From contig OY970173.1 of assembly GCA_963707635.1 (NCBI GenBank), positions 1,408,001 through 1,472,000 of the forward strand: a stretch of DNA of 64,000 nucleotides, read 5' to 3'. The stretch is from Candidatus Latescibacterota bacterium (GTDB lineage: Bacteria; Krumholzibacteriota; Krumholzibacteriia; WVZY01; JAKEHA01). This document shows, in pieces, positions 59,841 to 64,000 of this stretch (position 1 is the first letter of the stretch; each line of letters starts with the position of its first letter). Position numbers and translations under genes: made by a program. The notes below the pieces were generated by a model. That model was not told where the DNA came from, searched no databases, and saw nothing but the letters and a program-made list of their open reading frames with translations.

Positions 59841-59932
59841 GGCGCGTGCAGCGTCACTCTCCCGCTCAGGTCCTCGCGCGCGATAGTTGAAAGCGCGCTA
59901 CGGATTCGCGTCCGAGTGACGCCGCACGCGCC
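59841..59932 (-). repeat. Dispersed structured intergenic element, copy 3 (diverged)
   Basis: - strand core GGACGCGAATCCGTA-GCGCGC-N11-GCGCGC-GAGGACCTGAGCGGGA inside a 19-position outer stem. Confidence 0.75.
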
Positions 59933-60032
59933 CTGTCTCCAAACACCTGACATCGTCGAATCGATGTGCTACCATCGCCGCTCTGGCGACCGGTGAAAGG
60001 TCGTCCTATGTCGTTATCCTGAAAGGAGTTGA

Positions 60033-61070
60033 ATGGCCAAGCATCGGGTGGTCCTGCTGCCGGGCGACGGCATCGGCCCGGAAGTGGTCGAGGCGGCGCG
60101 CCGCGTCGTGGATGCATCCGGCCCCGACATCCAGTGGGTGCCGATGGAGATTGGTGCCATCGCGTTCGACAAGTACGGAGACGCGCTTCCCGCCGCCGTG
60201 CTGGACGAGATTCGCAAATGCGGGGTGGCGCTCAAGGGTCCCACCACCACGCCCATCGCCAAAGGACACGTGTCGGCAAACGTCCGGCTGCGCAGGGAGC
60301 TCGGACTGTTCGCGAACGTGCGGCCCGTCAAGACCGTGCCCGGGCTGGAGACTCCGTACGGGACGACGGACCTGGTCGTGGTGCGCGAGAACACCGAGAG
60401 CCTCTACGCGGGGCTCGAGAACGAAGTGGCGCCCGGCGTCATCACATCGATCAAGGTGATCACCGAAGTAGCCAGCCGTCGCATCGCCAGGTTCGCCTTC
60501 GAGTACGCGGTTCGGTGGGAGCGCAAGCGCGTGACCGCCGTGCACAAGGCGAACATCATGAAGATGGCCGACGGCCTCTTCCTCGAGTGTGCGCGCCAGG
60601 AGGCGGCGGCCTACGAGGGACGAATCAAGTTCGACGACATCCTGGTGGACGCGCTGGCGATGAAACTCGTCAGGAATCCCGCGCAATTCGACGTGCTCCT
60701 GCTCGAGAATCTCTACGGCGACATCGTCAGCGACCTGGCGGCGGGATTGATCGGTGGGCTGGGACTGGCGCCCGGCGCCAACTACGGACCCGATTGCGCC
60801 GTGTTCGAGGCGATCCACGGTTCCGCGCCCGACATCGCGGGCAAGGGCATCGCGAACCCGATCGCGATGATTCTCTCGTCGGCGATGATGTGTCATCATC
60901 TGGGCGACACGGAATCGTACGCGCGCATCCGCAAGGCGGTGCGCACCGTCACGAGCGAGCACCGCGAGTGGCTCACTCCAGACGTGGGCGGCCAGGGGAC
61001 ATCGCGCTCGCTGGCGGACGCAATCGTGCGCGAGGTGGAGCGGCGGCGCACGGAGAAGGTGGAGGACTGA
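60033..61070 (+). CDS. Isocitrate/isopropylmalate dehydrogenase family enzyme (probably NAD-IDH-like)
   Basis: GDGIGPEV, SANVRLR, RENTE, HKANIMK, NLYGDIVSD, HGSAPDIAG. Confidence 0.9.
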   Translation: MAKHRVVLLPGDGIGPEVVEAARRVVDASGPDIQWVPMEIGAIAFDKYGDALPAAVLDEIRKCGVALKGPTTTPIAKGHVSANVRLRRELGLFANVRPVKTVPGLETPYGTTDLVVVRENTESLYAGLENEVAPGVITSIKVITEVASRRIARFAFEYAVRWERKRVTAVHKANIMKMADGLFLECARQEAAAYEGRIKFDDILVDALAMKLVRNPAQFDVLLLENLYGDIVSDLAAGLIGGLGLAPGANYGPDCAVFEAIHGSAPDIAGKGIANPIAMILSSAMMCHHLGDTESYARIRKAVRTVTSEHREWLTPDVGGQGTSRSLADAIVREVERRRTEKVED

Positions 61071-61080
61071 GGAGTCTGCC

Positions 61081-62265
61081 ATGATCATCAAACCCAAGGT
61101 ACGAGGGTTCGTGTGCGTGACCACCCACCCGACCGGGTGCGCCGCCAACGTGCGCGCGCAGATCGACGTGGTGCGCGCGCGACCGAAGCTTGCCAACGGG
61201 CCGAAGCGGGCGCTGGTCATCGGCGCCTCGACCGGGTACGGTCTCGGCTCCCGGATCAGCGCCGCGTTCGGCGGCGGCGCGGCGACAATCGGCGTCTTTC
61301 TGGAGCGGCCGCCGGCGGAGAACCGTCCCGCGACCGCGGGCTGGTACAACTCGGTCGCATTCGAGAAGGAGGCGCGCGCGGCGGGACTCGCGGCGCGGAG
61401 TCTCAACGTCGATGCCTTTTCCGACCCGGGCAAGGCCAGCGTCATCGACGTCGTGAAATCGATGGGGCCGCTCGACCTGGTCGTGTACAGTCTGGCCTCT
61501 CCCAAACGCACGCACCCGAAGACCGGCGAGACCGCGAAATCGGTGCTCAAGCCGATCGGATCGACTTATCACGGCAAGACCCTCGACACCGACCGCGCGC
61601 TCGTGACCGACGTCACCATCGAGCCGGCCAGCGAGCAGGAGATTCGCGAAACCATCGCGGTCATGGGTGGAGATGACTGGGAGATGTGGATGGACACGCT
61701 CTCCCGCGCCGGGCTCCTGGCGCCGGGCTGCCGCAGCGTCGCGTACACCTACCTCGGTCCCCGCCTCACGTGGCCGATCTACCGCGACGGGACCATCGGC
61801 CGCGCCAAGGAAGATCTCGAGCGCGCGGCGCGCGTGATCGACACGCGCCTGCGCGCGAGCGGAGGCGGTGCCCATGTCTCCGTCATGAAGGCGGTCGTGA
61901 CCCAGGCCAGCAGCGCGATTCCGGTGGTGCCGCTCTACATCTCGCTCTTGTTTCGCCTCATGAAGGCGAAGGGGCTCCACGAGGGCTGCATCGAGCAGAC
62001 CCAGCGCATGTTCGACACGCGGCTCTACGCGCGCGAGTCGCCGGTGGACGAGAAGGGCCGCTTTCGCCTCGACGACTGGGAAATGCGCGACGACATCCAG
62101 GCCGAGATCGATCGGGTGTGGCCGAAGCTCACCACCGAGAATCTGCACGAGTTCACCGACTTCGCCGGGTACCAGGATGAGTTTCTCAAACTGTTCGGCT
62201 TCGGAATGACGGGCGTGGACTACGACGCCGAGGTGGAGCCGGTCGTCGAGTTCCAGGAACGGTAG
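61081..62265 (+). CDS. fabV: Enoyl-ACP reductase FabV / trans-2-enoyl-CoA reductase
   Basis: MIIKPKVRGFVC, GASTGYGL, YSLASP, VMGGDDW, Y..GTIG.AK, TQASSAIP, HEGCIEQ. Confidence 0.95.
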   Translation: MIIKPKVRGFVCVTTHPTGCAANVRAQIDVVRARPKLANGPKRALVIGASTGYGLGSRISAAFGGGAATIGVFLERPPAENRPATAGWYNSVAFEKEARAAGLAARSLNVDAFSDPGKASVIDVVKSMGPLDLVVYSLASPKRTHPKTGETAKSVLKPIGSTYHGKTLDTDRALVTDVTIEPASEQEIRETIAVMGGDDWEMWMDTLSRAGLLAPGCRSVAYTYLGPRLTWPIYRDGTIGRAKEDLERAARVIDTRLRASGGGAHVSVMKAVVTQASSAIPVVPLYISLLFRLMKAKGLHEGCIEQTQRMFDTRLYARESPVDEKGRFRLDDWEMRDDIQAEIDRVWPKLTTENLHEFTDFAGYQDEFLKLFGFGMTGVDYDAEVEPVVEFQER

Positions 62266-62291
62266 CCCCGGGAGACCCGCGAGCGTCCATC

Positions 62292-64000
62292 GTGTGTGGC
62301 ATTGCCGGCATACTCGCGTTCGCCGACGGCCGGGAGCCGAGGGACGAGACGCTGGCCGCGATGGTCGCCGTCATTCGCCACCGCGGACCCGACGAGCAGA
62401 CGTGGACCGTGCGCGGCCGCGTCGGCCTGGGCATCAGCCGCCTCGCCATCATCGACCCGGAAGGCTCGCACCAGCCGCTCGCGAACGAAACCGGCGACGT
62501 GGTCCTGGTCTTCAACGGCGAGATCTACAACTACCGGGAACTACACGCGACGCTGGAGAAGGACGGACACCGGTTCGCCACGCGCGGTGACGGCGAGGTC
62601 ATCGTGCACGGCTACGAGCAGTGGGGAACGGGCGTGTTCGCGCGCCTGCGCGGGATGTTCGCGATCGCGCTCTGGGACGACCGCCGCCGCCGGCTGGTTC
62701 TGGCCCGCGACCGCATGGGCATCAAGCCGCTCTATGTCGCCACGACGCCGCATGCATTTCTGTTCGCGTCGGAGGCGAAGGCATTTTTCGCTTCGGGCAT
62801 GGTCGAGCCGGCGCTGCGGCCGGAACTGATCGATACGTATCTCGCCTACCGGTACGTTCCCGCCCCCGACACCCTGTTCCGCGGGGTGCGCAAGGTGCGC
62901 CCCGGCGAGTTTCACGTGGTCGAAAACGGCGTCGAGTCGATCGAGCGCTACCACGTCCACGCCTTCACGCCGAAGGCGAAGATCGGCGAGGCGGAAGCCG
63001 CCGAGCAGCTGGACGAGTTGCTGACGCGCTCGATCGAGTACCACCTCCAGAGCGACGTGCCGCTGGGCGTGTTCCTGAGCGGAGGACTGGACTCCGGTTT
63101 CTTGACGGCGCTCGCGAGCGAACACACCTCCGGCGCGCTCGACACCTTCTCGGTGGGATTCGACCGCGGCGGCATCTACGACGAAACCGCGGCAGCGGAA
63201 GTCGTGTCCCGCCGTTTCAAGACCCGCCAGCATTCGTTGCGCATGGGCGCGGCGGAATATTTGCGCATGCTTCCCGGGGCGGTCTACCACTTCGACGAAC
63301 CGATGGCCGATCCCTCGTCGGTGCCGATGATGGCGATCAGCCGGCTGGCCGCCGGGCACGTCAAGGTGGTGTTGAGCGGCGAAGGCGCCGACGAGCTCTT
63401 CGCCGGCTACCCGCGCTACTTCGGAGAGGCGTTCGCGGCCCGGCTCACCCTTCCCGGCGCGCTGGCGGCGTTCGGCGCGCGCACGCTGCCCCTGTCCCGG
63501 AGCGCGGCGCGCGGCCTCCACGGGATCGGGTTGCGCGACGTGACCCGCCGCCACCTCTTCTGGCAGACAATCGTTTCCGAGCCGCAGCGCCGTCTGCTCC
63601 TGCTCGACGCCGCGCGCGGAAATGGACACGCGCTGGCGGCGGCGGAACGCTTCGCCGCCGAGGCCGGCGGGATCGATCCCATCGACCGCCTGTTCTATTT
63701 CGACATTGCCAGCTGGCTGGTCGAGGACCTGCTGCTGAAGAAAGACAAGATGGGCATGAGCGCTTCCATCGAAGCGCGCGTGCCGTATCTCGACCAGGAC
63801 GTGGTCGCGTTTGCGCTGCGGCTGCCGGTTGCGCTCAAGGTGCGCGGGCTCAAGGGCAAGCGCGTGTTTCGCCGCCTGCTCCGGAATCGCCTGCCGGAAG
63901 AGATACTCAAGCGGCCCAAGGTGGGGTTTGCGGTGCCGCTCGACGCGTGGTTTTCCGGCGAGCTGGCGTCCGTGCTGCACGCCACCCTCACGGAACGCGA
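62292..64000 (+). CDS. asnB: Asparagine synthase (glutamine-hydrolyzing) family amidotransferase, 3'-truncated by the window edge
   Basis: GTG TGT GGC ATT GCC GGC = MCGIAG; HRGPD, FNGEIYNY, LSGGLDS, LSGEGADELF, EARVPYLD; absent from the ORF track because no stop lies in the window. Confidence 0.92.
   Translation, partial: MCGIAGILAFADGREPRDETLAAMVAVIRHRGPDEQTWTVRGRVGLGISRLAIIDPEGSHQPLANETGDVVLVFNGEIYNYRELHATLEKDGHRFATRGDGEVIVHGYEQWGTGVFARLRGMFAIALWDDRRRRLVLARDRMGIKPLYVATTPHAFLFASEAKAFFASGMVEPALRPELIDTYLAYRYVPAPDTLFRGVRKVRPGEFHVVENGVESIERYHVHAFTPKAKIGEAEAAEQLDELLTRSIEYHLQSDVPLGVFLSGGLDSGFLTALASEHTSGALDTFSVGFDRGGIYDETAAAEVVSRRFKTRQHSLRMGAAEYLRMLPGAVYHFDEPMADPSSVPMMAISRLAAGHVKVVLSGEGADELFAGYPRYFGEAFAARLTLPGALAAFGARTLPLSRSAARGLHGIGLRDVTRRHLFWQTIVSEPQRRLLLLDAARGNGHALAAAERFAAEAGGIDPIDRLFYFDIASWLVEDLLLKKDKMGMSASIEARVPYLDQDVVAFALRLPVALKVRGLKGKRVFRRLLRNRLPEEILKRPKVGFAVPLDAWFSGELASVLHATLTER

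Noticed and set aside
13933..59932. Interpreting the three structured repeats as CRISPR, integron attC sites or ordinary terminators
   Set aside because: They are not tandem with spacers and no cas genes are present. They lack RYYYAAC/GTTRRRY ends and an integrase. They have no U-tract, and one copy lies between divergent genes.
62292..64000. AsnB as a lasso-peptide cyclase or part of a biosynthetic cluster
   Set aside because: It has an intact N-terminal Cys glutaminase domain, and no precursor or B protein is visible in the window.

Overview
This is a GC-rich bacterial chromosomal window with about 60 CDS, mostly on the + strand. A C-terminal FlgD/T9SS-like sorting domain (NHPNPFNPTTTIRFEL...RKMVLLK) suggests an FCB-superphylum lineage such as Krumholzibacteriota, Latescibacterota or Eisenbacteria (inference). 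Gene content is largely housekeeping: peptide ABC transporter, ZIP, cutA, patatin-DUF62-rtcB, fbp, ECF sigma/anti-sigma, tolQRAB-pal-cpoB, two CNNM/CBS proteins, DUF1611 plus epimerase, acpS, hsp20, PMM/PGM, pyk, pntA (dI only), a YchF-like protein, rlmI-like, MbnP/MbnH-like pair, ispH, an IDH-family enzyme, fabV and a partial asnB. I saw no tRNA, rRNA, CRISPR array, integrase or transposase. The most notable unexplained signal is a dispersed ~90-100 nt structured element in three intergenic copies (13933-14032 +, 26911-27001 -, 59841-59932 -). It has a conserved G.A-rich core, a GCGCGC-N11-GCGCGC apical hairpin, and outer stems whose sequences differ but still base-pair. Other notable items: a secreted plant-DA1-like LIM/zinc-peptidase protein, a sigma54-type hsp20 promoter with palindromic enhancer-like sites, a lower-GC patch (about 40.1-43.6 kb) containing a decayed gene remnant, and three frameshifted genes that may be sequencing errors. 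Where the ORF track start differs from mine, I chose starts by eye from RBS and domain boundaries.
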